Part shown: in pieces, positions 11,101 to 20,437 of the stretch
Layout of the letters: every line of letters starts with the position of its first letter
How positions within the stretch are numbered: position 1 is the stretch's first letter
The notes under the pieces: model-generated
Told to the model about the DNA's origin: nothing
What the model saw: the letters and a program-made list of their open reading frames with translations, nothing else
Database searches by the model: none
Assembly (NCBI GenBank): GCA_000091205.1
Contig: AP006491.2
Reading direction: 5' to 3' (one strand)
DNA length: 64,000 nt
DNA from: Cyanidioschyzon merolae
Taxonomy: Eukaryota
Translations under genes and position numbers: made by a program

Positions 11101-13638
11101 GGTCAGTTGCCTGGCGTCGTTCACCACACGATTTCGCTGCCGGAAGGTGTCGTCGTCGCTTCGAGGAACGACCAGCTCTTTGTGTTCGATGCGAGCATGG
11201 CAATGTCAAGAGCGGATCAGGAAACCGAGGCCCTCAGCGCTGACGCGCGTTACGAGATGGCGTTGATGGCGGGCATCGGGGCTGGACTCACACCGGATGC
11301 AGCTATGCGAATCGCGCAAAGCATCGACTCGGCGGCACTGGCACCTGGCGAGGACACCGGCACTGCCGCTGATGCGACAGCGCATCCCGAGAGCGTCGCT
11401 CTCGAGCAGCTGGGTACAGCGCGTAGCGCTTCGCCGGACCCGCACGCCCACTGCGCCGTCGATCGCGAGCACGACGGAATGCCGCCAACTGTAGCACCGC
11501 TGATGCGGAGCGTAGATACAGGCGCGGATGCCGGCGCTTTCGCTCGTGCTTGCCACGAGAGCTTTGCTGCTCACGCCAGAGCCTGCGCTGCTCTGGACGC
11601 TAACGGCTCCGTTTTCGTCATCCTCGCGGATGCATATCGGCGTCTTAATCTGGAAATTCCGCCGCAGGTCCTGCAGTTCGCGTTACACGCAACTTGCGAA
11701 GAAGCGATATTGCAGGAGCTTGGACTTTTGAGCGGGTCCGTTAAATGGCACATGGCGCGCCAATACGGCTGTGGCTATTGGGTGCGCTCGGAACTGCTCA
11801 TCCACCGTCTCGTCGAGGTCATTGCTCGCGCAACCTACAACGCATCACACAAGCCGCGGGATGCAGTGCTATGGTACGTGCTGCTGCGACGACCGCGCGT
11901 GCTGAGCACGCTCTTCCGTGCAATCGGCGAGCCGCGAATCGCGGGCTTCTTCGCGCAAGACTTTGGGGATGCCGCCGTTCGAGAGCGGGCCAATAAGAAC
12001 GCATTTGCAAGACTCGCCGTCCATGACTACGAGCTGTCAGCGGCGTTCTTCATCCTGGGTGCTGACCCATCCGCAGCCATGCAAGTCATCCGGGATCGCC
12101 TCGGCGACGAGCAACTGGCGCTATTGCTGTCGCGACTTGAACCGACGCTCCAAGCAGAGCAGGCGCTGGGGAATGCCCAGGAGCACCAGCAGGCACCGGA
12201 ATGGCAACTGCTACGCGCTTGCGTCATTGGCAAATACGACCATGCTGTAGCGATCGTAGAGCGTATGGACTGGTTGCGGAACGAATCGCAGGCCAGCGCC
12301 TGGCCCGCCATGGCTGGTGCTCTGCTCCAGACGAGAGCACTGCAGGCAGCACCCTCTGTCCAGCGTAGGCCGGATTTCATCGGAGCGCATCAGCGACTCC
12401 GGTTTCGAGTCGGCCATCTTTTGGCACAGACCGACCTTCTGCCCCTGGCTCAGCGACTGGTGCATCCGGCGTGGCGTATCCAGATGCAGAGCCACGCCCT
12501 CGGCCAAGCGCTGCTGCGCAACTCCACCGCGTGCACTCTCGCGCGCCCCGCACTGCGTGCCTGGGTGCAGCAAACGATAGCCGTGTCCGAGGAGCCGCTT
12601 CCCGTGCACGCCCTCGAGAGCGTCCTCGTGGCCACGGGGCAGTGGCTCCTGCACCAGGACGCGCCCCGTCTGCTCGGCTCGCTGAACGCCTGGATCGTCA
12701 TTCGCCAACTGCTGGAGTCGCACCGCTCTCGCGTTCACCGCATCTCGTTAGATGAAGGTTTCCTGGACAGCATACTCTCTTATCTAGTCGCCACTATCCA
12801 CCGAATCGCTTTGGGTGTCAGCGATCCCGACGAAGACATCAGCGAACCTCAACAACAACAACACGTCTGGTTGATGGACGCTGCAGTGCTCACAGAACGT
12901 CTCCAAGCCGCATCACCTCCAGTGGTACCCGAGGCAACGCGAGTTGCCTTGTCACAAGCAGCACAAGTTGCGCGTTTCCTCTGGATATGGCGGCATGCGC
13001 GCTGGACACCTATCAACGCGATGCACGCATCGTGGTGCGACGCGGCGACACGCATGCAGCGGACAGCACATGTTCCCGCCAAAGCGATTGAAACGGACAC
13101 GGCGATCGAGCCCCGACCCCCATCAGTGCCGTGCCTGCCGCGTCGTCGACAGCGCGCGCACTGCCTGTCCATGCTGCATGCGCTGTGCCTCGTCGACGCC
13201 CTGGATCGCTGTGCGGTGTGCCTGCAGACGACGACGACGGCGGCGGCGGCGCTGCGCTGGGCGACGGCGCTGCGTACCGCCATCCACCTCCTGATCGAGC
13301 GCATCGCTGGAGCGCCTGGGCAAGGCGATGCGCTCGCCGGACGCCATCAGCAGCAGTTGCCCGATGGCGATGAGGAGGCAGTGGAGCAGCTGTGGCGACG
13401 CTGCTGGCTTGCTGGTGGCTGGGTGCGTACGCAACTCGCGCGAGCGCTGCTCGCGGATCACGCGGCCGAAGCGGTGCATCCAGCGTCATGTGCAGCGGCG
13501 GCGGATGGCGTCTCCGGCACGACGTATCCGCTTGAGCGGACGCTCTATCCGGTGCGATTTCCGGTGCGGGAGATTCGACGGTACGTCGCTCGCAAATCAA
13601 GACGCGCCACAGCGTCCTGCTGCGCGAAGCGACCCTGA
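8143..13638 (+). CDS. RAV1: Rav1/DMXL (rabconnectin-3 alpha)-like protein, N-terminal and central part, with N-terminal WD40-like region and Rav1p_C domain
   Basis: ORF 7948..13638 (1896 aa); the likely start is Met66 at 8143 (MSTFKQT). The central block YGCGYWVRSELLIHRLVEVIARATYNASHKPRDAVLWYVLLRRPRVLSTLFRAIGEPRIAGFFAQDFGDAAVRERANKNAFARLAVHDYELSAAFFILGADPSAAMQVIRDRLGDEQLALLLSRLEP matches the Rav1p_C signature (KNAYALLsKhRyEhAAAFFLLaG...QLAlviARLyE). It ends in TGA at 13636..13638, exactly where the next WD40 ORF begins. Confidence 0.65.
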   Translation: MSTFKQTCDAFCSGATRPQTSAQGPRLVLDQPGSVAAFGQCLDAISVAGLALVVTVQQDGSVALWVTSGLRFYRQFFWSARRERIIDADCHSVTSADDFDAVLSARFRRPDGALVLGTHAGHVVCIEHGSGGGLANLYRRWQLVGRLDAPVWLVGSVAPTPTTPVDTTAANNGDGDQGSTGAALSTGAPGESHTRPLPASVSVSEARACSPLAAISTGVVVAWTEHALWWYVPALRRWHRCPHPEDFEAQQQQQRIRDAPAIYLGEVSASGCFFAWTLRHSDGCWIGACPQWHAATFHAASDTDTNDSADDNVDQRMHSEAVFIHTSDPLCSLAWKPAPIRGGEALLVGDRCGRLRLFSAATTDWRSIATVSGMPLATQAVDTAACFVHQYGSGGIAEDENDAALVVLSEWHLGGAAASGDTRPHAKRDAQSAQGIIVHPYRASIAVHYIGQWIPGMPTLWCVSHLNDEPVPRVVPFHRASDGASTPVAPPETDANVARNGPPTPVLESVEGAAASTAACLAVRIEAAAESWRAPVSAACAPAKELRSQQPPAQPAQLNWILQRGQVVERWYQNGRPGDALEFWSHVVRLGNGDVGSIGALSYGSRARTLVALTSTQRLVCWPLPGWPALRSGYGPRTLPTLTQTRVSRPGWVHCANQLTACVRCAQRVELALFTMTEAGLLQLYGWLSPPEVDARETQARIPDEATAAPLMCVLSASTPPGVQVDDCAVWSRHQPQMLDTLEADQPQETGLLCWSALDMVWYVSRIIGVRDANATSVAHSVPASIDSETGDAAIAPLVPCGSATPVQAAPACNQHQPEEGQATARASSPARNCRHLALHCFDLSPWVRLCVSDPPPCAFAVRTDKVFVWRVDGVLAVYRLDTSRSVLERITASRLVAETLHERAHWHQSRLVVSADAQEVAVWDAASRRLHLCSFDGADIYALTTVDVSDTRPDADISFARYRSCAYLTVDRWLYYRRGCRWISCGQLPGVVHHTISLPEGVVVASRNDQLFVFDASMAMSRADQETEALSADARYEMALMAGIGAGLTPDAAMRIAQSIDSAALAPGEDTGTAADATAHPESVALEQLGTARSASPDPHAHCAVDREHDGMPPTVAPLMRSVDTGADAGAFARACHESFAAHARACAALDANGSVFVILADAYRRLNLEIPPQVLQFALHATCEEAILQELGLLSGSVKWHMARQYGCGYWVRSELLIHRLVEVIARATYNASHKPRDAVLWYVLLRRPRVLSTLFRAIGEPRIAGFFAQDFGDAAVRERANKNAFARLAVHDYELSAAFFILGADPSAAMQVIRDRLGDEQLALLLSRLEPTLQAEQALGNAQEHQQAPEWQLLRACVIGKYDHAVAIVERMDWLRNESQASAWPAMAGALLQTRALQAAPSVQRRPDFIGAHQRLRFRVGHLLAQTDLLPLAQRLVHPAWRIQMQSHALGQALLRNSTACTLARPALRAWVQQTIAVSEEPLPVHALESVLVATGQWLLHQDAPRLLGSLNAWIVIRQLLESHRSRVHRISLDEGFLDSILSYLVATIHRIALGVSDPDEDISEPQQQQHVWLMDAAVLTERLQAASPPVVPEATRVALSQAAQVARFLWIWRHARWTPINAMHASWCDAATRMQRTAHVPAKAIETDTAIEPRPPSVPCLPRRRQRAHCLSMLHALCLVDALDRCAVCLQTTTTAAAALRWATALRTAIHLLIERIAGAPGQGDALAGRHQQQLPDGDEEAVEQLWRRCWLAGGWVRTQLARALLADHAAEAVHPASCAAAADGVSGTTYPLERTLYPVRFPVREIRRYVARKSRRATASCCAKRP
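13581..13612 (+). other. Candidate 32-nt GT-AG mini-intron, or the site of a frameshift, joining the two Rav1/DMXL ORFs
   Basis: The sequence gtacgtcgctcgcaaatcaagacgcgccacag starts with a canonical GTACGT donor and ends in CAG. Its length is 2 mod 3. Removing it changes ...VREIRR (frame 1) into VLLREATLMTALAVAPHEP... (frame 0, the WD40 ORF) with no stop. This is unverified and could be coincidence. Confidence 0.25.
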
Positions 13639-14987
13639 TGACGGCGCTGGCTGTTGCGCCGCATGAGCCGACGCGGCTTGTCGTCGCCACACTGAAGCCG
13701 CATCGAGGTCTGTATGAGCTCAGCTGGGAGCCCGCTGAGGGTGTCTCCACGGACGGCGAATCAGAGCGTCTGCCTCGATCGTCACCGAGCTCGGCATCGG
13801 CCGTCGTGCGTGACCTCCGCGCCGGCAACTGGCACGGGCGTGTACCCGACGCGCGGCATGCGGAGGCTGCGGCAGCGTCGCGCGGGCTCCGCTGGCGCTC
13901 CGAGGTGCTCGCGTCGAGTCTGGCGGCGCATCCCTTCTCAAATCGGTACATTTCCGGAGATACTGAGGGTGACTTGCTTTTTTGGACTTTTGGAGAGCCG
14001 TTCGCTCTAGCCCAGCTCACATGGGCGCACGCACGCGGCCAAGTGGTGCAGCGTGTTCGCTTCGCACCTTTTGGAGATGCCGTGGTTGCTGCCTACGCCT
14101 CAGGTCTGGTGGCGCTCTGGCGCGTGCCCGATAAGCTTGCCATCTGCACGCCAAGTGAGCCGGAACAGGTCTGGCGACCTTTCGGCGATGTCTGCGTACA
14201 TGATGTCTGCTTTGTCGATCAGGAGAATGTGATTGCGACTTTTGGTCGCGCCTATGACGGCAGCAATGCGACTGGCGGCGACATAGGTCCCAGTCGAATG
14301 GACACCATTCGAGTCTTCGATCTGCGGGCGGGGGCACTGAATCCACAGCAACAACAACAACAACAACGTTACCATCATCAGCCTGTGCTGTGTTTCCGGG
14401 CCCACACGCTCCCTGGTGGAGATTCGAGCGTGCGCGGCTCTTCGAGTTGCGAATCCCTCTGCGGACTCGTACTGGGCGATGGGACGCGGCTCCTGAGTGC
14501 GTCCTCCGAAGGCCACCTAGCCGTGTGTGATATGCGAACGTCTCGCTGTGCAGCCCAGTTCAGGGCACACTCGGACGGCAGCGCCATTCGTACGCTGGTC
14601 ATGGAAGAGCCGCGGGGACGGGCGCTGATCACCGGCACCGACAGCGGCCAGGTGCGGCTCTGGGACGCGCGTTCCCTGCGTCTGCTCGAGGAACTTGGTA
14701 CGGTGCATCGGCCAACGCGTCATTTCCGCGCTCGGGCACGTGCAAGTCAACATGCCTCCAGTCTCCGTCTGAGTGGCGGCACTGCACTTTTCGGGCTCTA
14801 TGGCGTGGAGTGTGCGCTGCTCACGGATTATAGTCTGATCACTGGCGGCGGTGATGGGTACCTGTACGCACACGGGCCCGGCTGGGGCGGCACTGCGAGC
14901 CCAGCAGTCAGTGATCACGTCAGCACTTTTGCAGACGATGTGGATACGCAACTGCGACGCGTGGAGAGCGGTCTTGCGCTCTTCTGA
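13638..14987 (+). CDS. RAV1: C-terminal WD40-repeat part of the Rav1/DMXL-like gene (separate ORF because of a frame change)
   Basis: 449-aa ORF with WD40-like units (ISGDTEGDLLFWTF, VRLWDARSLRLLEEL, HLAVCDMRTS) and a poly-Gln tract. DMXL/Rav1 proteins carry C-terminal WD40 repeats. The frame-0 reading is open for about 100 nt upstream of its ATG, overlapping the end of the previous ORF. Confidence 0.6.
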   Translation: MTALAVAPHEPTRLVVATLKPHRGLYELSWEPAEGVSTDGESERLPRSSPSSASAVVRDLRAGNWHGRVPDARHAEAAAASRGLRWRSEVLASSLAAHPFSNRYISGDTEGDLLFWTFGEPFALAQLTWAHARGQVVQRVRFAPFGDAVVAAYASGLVALWRVPDKLAICTPSEPEQVWRPFGDVCVHDVCFVDQENVIATFGRAYDGSNATGGDIGPSRMDTIRVFDLRAGALNPQQQQQQQRYHHQPVLCFRAHTLPGGDSSVRGSSSCESLCGLVLGDGTRLLSASSEGHLAVCDMRTSRCAAQFRAHSDGSAIRTLVMEEPRGRALITGTDSGQVRLWDARSLRLLEELGTVHRPTRHFRARARASQHASSLRLSGGTALFGLYGVECALLTDYSLITGGGDGYLYAHGPGWGGTASPAVSDHVSTFADDVDTQLRRVESGLALF

Positions 14988-17023
14988 GTGTTCGCGCCTC
15001 GCCATGCTTTCGATCAAGTGACGTGTCTGCACTTGAAGAGAAAAAAGGATCCGCAGAGTCTAGAAACAACACCGTTCGGTGTCACGGGGTAGCTCAGTAT
15101 ACGGTACAGGGTTTGCCGTTCCCTCACGAATGTCTTGCTCCCTGATTCGCACAGGCACTGTGTCATCGTTGAAGGAGTTGCCAAGCAGCGAAACCCGCCG
15201 TTGACGTGTCGAAACCTTGCCGTCTCTATCGACGCCGGAGTAATCGCGAGCCACCCGGTACGACACATGGTCAAGTGGGCTACGTTGCTGCGCTCGTCTC
15301 TGACGCATTAGCTGTCTGACGAAGCGCGATGTCTGCTGCGTCATTACACCTTGTTCGTGGCGTTTTGTATTCCGGATCTTTGGCCAAACTGCATGCTTGC
15401 ATATCGCATACCGTACTGTGGTTCTGAACGGCGTCCAGTGCACTAGGGTCACAATTTCACGTTCCTAACGATGCACCTGTATGGGCTCTTTGGGTTCGCA
15501 TTGCAGCTGAGTCTGATCCGATGCCTTCAAATGACACCGAGGCGTGAGCACACGATCCATGCTGGTCGTCCTCTCACTGCGAAGCGCTCCGCGAGGCATT
15601 CTTGCAGCCGGCGACACGCACATGGGGGCGGAAACACGCACAAGCCGCTGCACTAGTGCTCGAATGTTACTTTTGGAGGCGTTCGCACGTACAAGCACTC
15701 CATCCCAGCTGCTGTATAGGCTCGGAGCGATATTCATGAAGCGGGAAATCGTTCGTGCAGAGCAATAGCCGACGTTGAACCTACCTGGTTTCATCCTCTG
15801 AGGGTCAATGGCTCATCTGTCATCCCTTTGCAGGTTCATTGCACCCTCGAAAGCGCCGTGGCTAGCAGCTGAGGCCACTGTCGTCGTTGCTGGCAGACGC
15901 GCGCCGCCTTCAGCGCAGCAGTACTGGCGGTAAACGTTCGATTTCGTCGCCATGATGACTGGAGGTTGCTCGCCTCGCGTGCCGCATTGCACGCTTATCG
16001 TTGCGCAGTGCACCCGTTTCCACTGCGAAGCAGAGATACGACCTCTCCTGGAACTGGGTTACATGCACTTCGTGCTTATCGCATAGACTCCTTCAGCCTC
16101 GGAGCTATCATCACACTGGTGCTGCATCTGGGGCACCTGCACGCAGTCCTGTACCGTGCAGCGCTCATTCGTAACACATCAGCCGGTGTCGACACGCTCT
16201 ATGCACGTGCTGCCCTTGTTACCGGAGGTATTTGCGGACACGTGCCTAGTTGATACCTGGATGCCCGCTTTTTTATGTTGCCGTTTTGGGGTGTACCAGG
16301 GGCCATACGCGCGCACGACGTGCCGCGCAGTCAGCAACACCGCGTCCCATCTCGAATCGGCGAGTCAGAGGCACTCCGCATCCCTTGCATGTGGTGATGA
16401 AATATCGCGAGGAAAACGAGACAGCTGTGAACACGTTTTCCATTGGTGCACATGCCCGAACGCGAGCCCCGGCGAATCTGTGTGCTCCCTGCCGGACTCG
16501 CGGCATTAATGCGTCTCTACAACGCGCTGATGGAGCGTGCTCTGTTCAGCATCGCTGCGAGCATCCCCTGGAGATTTGGTACTCGGGGCTTCACCGGATG
16601 ACGCTTCGAGCTCATGAAACGAACACTGGACTGGGGAGTCGGGGTTCAGAGGCGTTTATGACGGCAGTGAAGAAGGTTCCCCGGATGCCGGCAACATTCG
16701 CGCTGTCGGGGGATGCCCGTTCAACGCATGGATCGTGCGTCAACTACAACATATTCTGTTCAAATGTATTCACTTATGTACATGATCGTTTGATCCTGAT
16801 CACCGTCACCTGTGCTCCCTGCTCTCTGCATGATCACAACACATCCTGTCCTATTATATCCATTTATAGAACGAATTGTTTGTTCCTGTATCACGGGTAC
16901 CAAGCAGATCTGCTCAATGCCGTCTGCACCGGATATCTGCACTTGAACCTCGATGCCTGCCCGTGGTCGCTTCTTGCGATTGCTCTAACTTGTGATATCG
17001 ACACGCTCGGGTTCTTCAGGGCC

Positions 17024-18385
17024 ATGAAGCTGCGCTACGACTACCAGTACGGGTTCGGGAACCATTTTGCAACAGAGTGTGTACCCGGAGCGCTACCAGT
17101 GGGTCAGAATAATCCCCAAAAGTGTGCATATGGGCTCTATGCTGAGCAACTATCTGGGACGGCGTTCACGGCGCCGCGCAGCGCGAACCAACGAACCTGG
17201 ATGTACCGCGTTCGTCCCTCTGTAGACCACGGGGCATACCAGCGGGTATCTTTCGCAGAGCGAGCGCCAGGTCTGGGCTTTCGAGGACAGATCGCGACAC
17301 CAGAGCGGCTGCGCTGGCAACCGCGCGACGACGCGGCCCCAGACAGGACTGCCGACGCCGCCGACGCCGACACCGACACAGACTTTTTGCGGGGCCTGTT
17401 CCGTATTGGAGAAAACGGGCTTCCCGAGGACCGAAACGGTCTCTCCATATATTCGTATTGGTGTAATACGTCCATGGACGGGGAGGCATTCTACAATGCT
17501 GACGGGGACCTGCTCATCCTCCCGCAACAAGGCGAACTCGTGCTCCAAACTGAACTCGGCATGCTGGAAGTGCCCGCTGGGCACGTCGCTGTAGTGCCGC
17601 GTGGCATCCGCTTTGCTGCACGTGTCGTTCCCATGAGTGACACTACGTCGACTAGCCGCGGCTTTGTTCTTGAGGTCTACGACAGGCACTTTGAGTTGCC
17701 CGACCTTGGTCCCATTGGCGCGAACGGATGCGCTGCACCCCGCGACTTCCGCTACCCGCTCGCCTATGTGGACCGCGATACCCTCCAGAGCTCTTGGCGA
17801 ATATGGGCCAAGTTCCAAAACCAGATCTTTATGTATGAGACGGATCACTCCGTCTTCGACGTTGTCGCCTGGCACGGCAACTACGCGCCATTTGCCTACG
17901 ATCTGGACCGCTTTTGTCCGGTAAATGCGGTTCGTTTCGACCACATGGACCCATCGATTTTCACGGTGCTCACTTGTCGCAGCGATGAACCTGGAGTGGC
18001 GCTAGCTGACTTTGTTATATTTCCACCGCGCTGGAACGTTCAGGAGCACACGTTTCGACCTCCGTATTTTCATCGAAACTGCATGACGGAGTTCATGATG
18101 AACCTAGCGGGAGAATACGATGCGAAGAGTGCGGCGGGTTTCCCACCGGGTGCCTGCTCGCTCCACTCGATAATGAGTGCGCATGGGCCGGATCTCGAGT
18201 CTTTCGCCCGGGCTGCCACGGAACAACTCCGACCGAAACGCCTACCGGACTCGACGCTGGCGGCTATGTTCGAAACCAGTCGTATGTTGCGCATTACCAA
18301 AGAGGCGCTAGAGCTGCTCCCTCTTGATCGAACGTATACGAGTTGCTGGCGCGATTTTCCGCCAGCAACGATACCTTCTTCATAG
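17024..18385 (+). CDS. HGD: Homogentisate 1,2-dioxygenase (tyrosine/phenylalanine catabolism)
   Basis: 453-aa reading from MKLRYDYQYGFGNHFATECVPGALPVGQNNPQKCAYGLYAEQLSGTAFTAPR... through the cupin core (...HRNCMTEFMMNLAGEYDAKSAAGFPPGACSLHSIMSAHGPD). These are classic HGD N-terminal motifs and the length is typical for HGD. The six-frame ORF extends upstream to 16250 without a stop, but that upstream part is AT-rich and non-homologous. Confidence 0.9.
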   Translation: MKLRYDYQYGFGNHFATECVPGALPVGQNNPQKCAYGLYAEQLSGTAFTAPRSANQRTWMYRVRPSVDHGAYQRVSFAERAPGLGFRGQIATPERLRWQPRDDAAPDRTADAADADTDTDFLRGLFRIGENGLPEDRNGLSIYSYWCNTSMDGEAFYNADGDLLILPQQGELVLQTELGMLEVPAGHVAVVPRGIRFAARVVPMSDTTSTSRGFVLEVYDRHFELPDLGPIGANGCAAPRDFRYPLAYVDRDTLQSSWRIWAKFQNQIFMYETDHSVFDVVAWHGNYAPFAYDLDRFCPVNAVRFDHMDPSIFTVLTCRSDEPGVALADFVIFPPRWNVQEHTFRPPYFHRNCMTEFMMNLAGEYDAKSAAGFPPGACSLHSIMSAHGPDLESFARAATEQLRPKRLPDSTLAAMFETSRMLRITKEALELLPLDRTYTSCWRDFPPATIPSS

Positions 18386-18899
18386 CCAGTGCTGGGGAAG
18401 CATTGAAGCATGCGTCTTGAATGGCGAAGGATCGTTGCATCTAATCCGGAATCCTCCGCGTCCAGATCGACCTCTTACCGTTTGGTCGCTGCGGCAGACC
18501 GCACGAGCTGCGAAGCGCTTCACGATGGAGCACGGGAGCCAGCTGCGTCGATGCCGCCCGGACTGCACTGCCTATCGGCAAGGTGTGTTTGGTTTTTGTG
18601 CACAGCACCAGAGACTGCACGTCAGCCCCGCAGTGCGATGGGCGCACCATGCCTATTCTGTGGTGTAGCCCGCAGGGCATACGCAGAAACGTCAATACAG
18701 GACGAGAAAACACGTTCAGCTGGATGCAAATCCCCGAGCGGCAACAACCGACGCACCGCATCGCGCAAAAGCCTCGAAGCATCCACACCCGCGTACGTCT
18801 CCGATTGGAACACGCAGAACTGCTCATTCTTGTCCTAGCTGGATATTTTCGACGTTGTTTTTTCGAGTTTCGAGCATCGGCATCCAAAGCGCGCGAAAA

Positions 18900-19980
18900 A
18901 TGACGTAAAAATTCAAAAGCATTCTAGGATTCTCGGTCATCTTTTTGGAGTGGGTGTTCGGAATCTTTGCTGTTGGCACTCGTCACATTACCGGAATCAG
19001 GATGATTCAAAATGCCCTCGACCAAGCGTTCGTAACATATACGATATCATTATGCATTTCATACGTGCAAGCATCCACACTTCGTCACCGAAGCTTACGT
19101 GTAGCATGTTTGATACGCGGATGTTTCAAGTTTTCGATCGTGCTGTCTCCATGAAACTCATGGGCAGACCAATGCACGCTTGAGGATTTACGAGGCAGAA
19201 AGTCGACGTCGTCCCCAGACGACTTGTTCATAAGCTCACGCCGACGCGCACGGAACTTTTCATGTGAAATCACTGATTCCGTTCGAAATACAAATCCGAG
19301 TCGGTTTGTTGCCATCATTGAAGCGACCTACAACGGCGGCGCCGACGGCAGCAGCAGCAGCAGCAGCAGCGTACCTCTCACCAGATATGCTCGCCGAGGC
19401 ACCCGTCTCTTCTGTTTCCATGGGAAAAAAGAAGCTTTGACACGGACTTGAATCATTGCAGCAATCGCCGGAAGCAGAGCGTACGTCGCCGCTTTGCACG
19501 AAGGGGGCGTAGACGACTCGAAATTTCTCGACTTGGTCTCGAGCTTGGATTATCCTTTCGGTTTTCGTTTCATCATCAGCAACATCGTGTTGCACAAACC
19601 CTCTGTCGAATGAGAGAGCGTGCACTTGCACGCCAAGCGTAGACGCCGAGGACATCGCCCAGAAGCGGCAACAAAGGCGTGTATCGAGAGGCAAGTCTTC
19701 TGGACCAGTCGAGTGCATGTACGAAGCGATGAAGCGAACGTTCACGCACTCCAGTGCAGTCATCGGAGAAGGAGGACGCTGAGGTGCAGCGGATACACCC
19801 GGACACCTAACCACATCCACGTGTCAACGCCGCGACGGGCGCCCCGACGCCGTACGCAAAGCAGTTGAAAATGACAAGCGCAGCGTGGATCGCAACTTCC
19901 GCCTCTGCAAGAATTGCGTGGAAAGCAGCCAGAAGCAACAATCCCGTTACCTGAACGCTGCCATATCATCCTCCGGGAAC
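18900..19980 (+). mobile_element. Degenerate Fanzor-bearing transposon remnant (copy b); boundaries approximate
   Basis: The DNA is colinear with 48800..49960 (copy d). Examples: attaccggaatcaggatgattcaaaatgccctcgaccaagc...catttcatacgtgcaagcatcc aligns with attaccttgccggaatcaaaatgcttcgcgacgccctcagacaagc...caattcatacgtacaagaatcc, and catcatcagcaacatcgtgttgcacaaaccctctgtcgaatgagagagcgtgcacttgcacgcc aligns with cgtcatgaacaacatcgcgttccacaaatcctctaccgaatgggcgagcgttcacttgcgtgtgc. Its 3' part (about 19930..19975, ctgaacgctgccatatcatcctccgggaacg) is a decayed version of the RuvC-III coding segment. A lower-GC island. Starts about 500 bp after the HGD stop. Confidence 0.5.
19348..19370. repeat. (GCA)n microsatellite inside transposon remnant b
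   Basis: ggcagcagcagcagcagcagcagc is visible directly. Confidence 0.85.
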
Positions 19981-20437
19981 GTATTACGGAGCTGGGGCGA
20001 CAGGAGACCCTGACACAATTAACGCCGCAAATATGAGTGACAGAGAGGGATAGAGGAAAAGGCTGGTACTAGTGGCGATCGCAAGTAATCCGACGTTTAT
20101 TGTAGACGCCTGACTCAGGATAGTGGACTCGTTTCATTTCAGTCCGATACGGGTGTAAGATCTTTACGGTCCTTGCGTGTGAACGAAGGAGTCAGTGCTT
20201 CATTTTGGAGAAAGAATAGGCACGACCTGGCAACTTGTGCAGAGCAATGCCGCCGAGCATACCGTTCAGCTGTTGTGGGTCTTCCGGTGGCGGGCGGTAC
20301 GTGAAAGCGCCCTCAAGCAACGCGCTTTCCCTGACGAGACCGTGTACTACTCACTCTGTTCACAAATGGGAGCTTTCGAGCACTGTACTCGAGTTTGAAG
20401 GCTTGATACGCCAGAACCAGTCTCGAGCCTGCTCTGG

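Noticed and set aside
13013-14020. 335-aa minus-strand ORF across the Rav1/WD40 junction
   Set aside because: It is antisense to a conserved gene with Arg/Ala/Ser-rich composition typical of GC-rich antisense frames.
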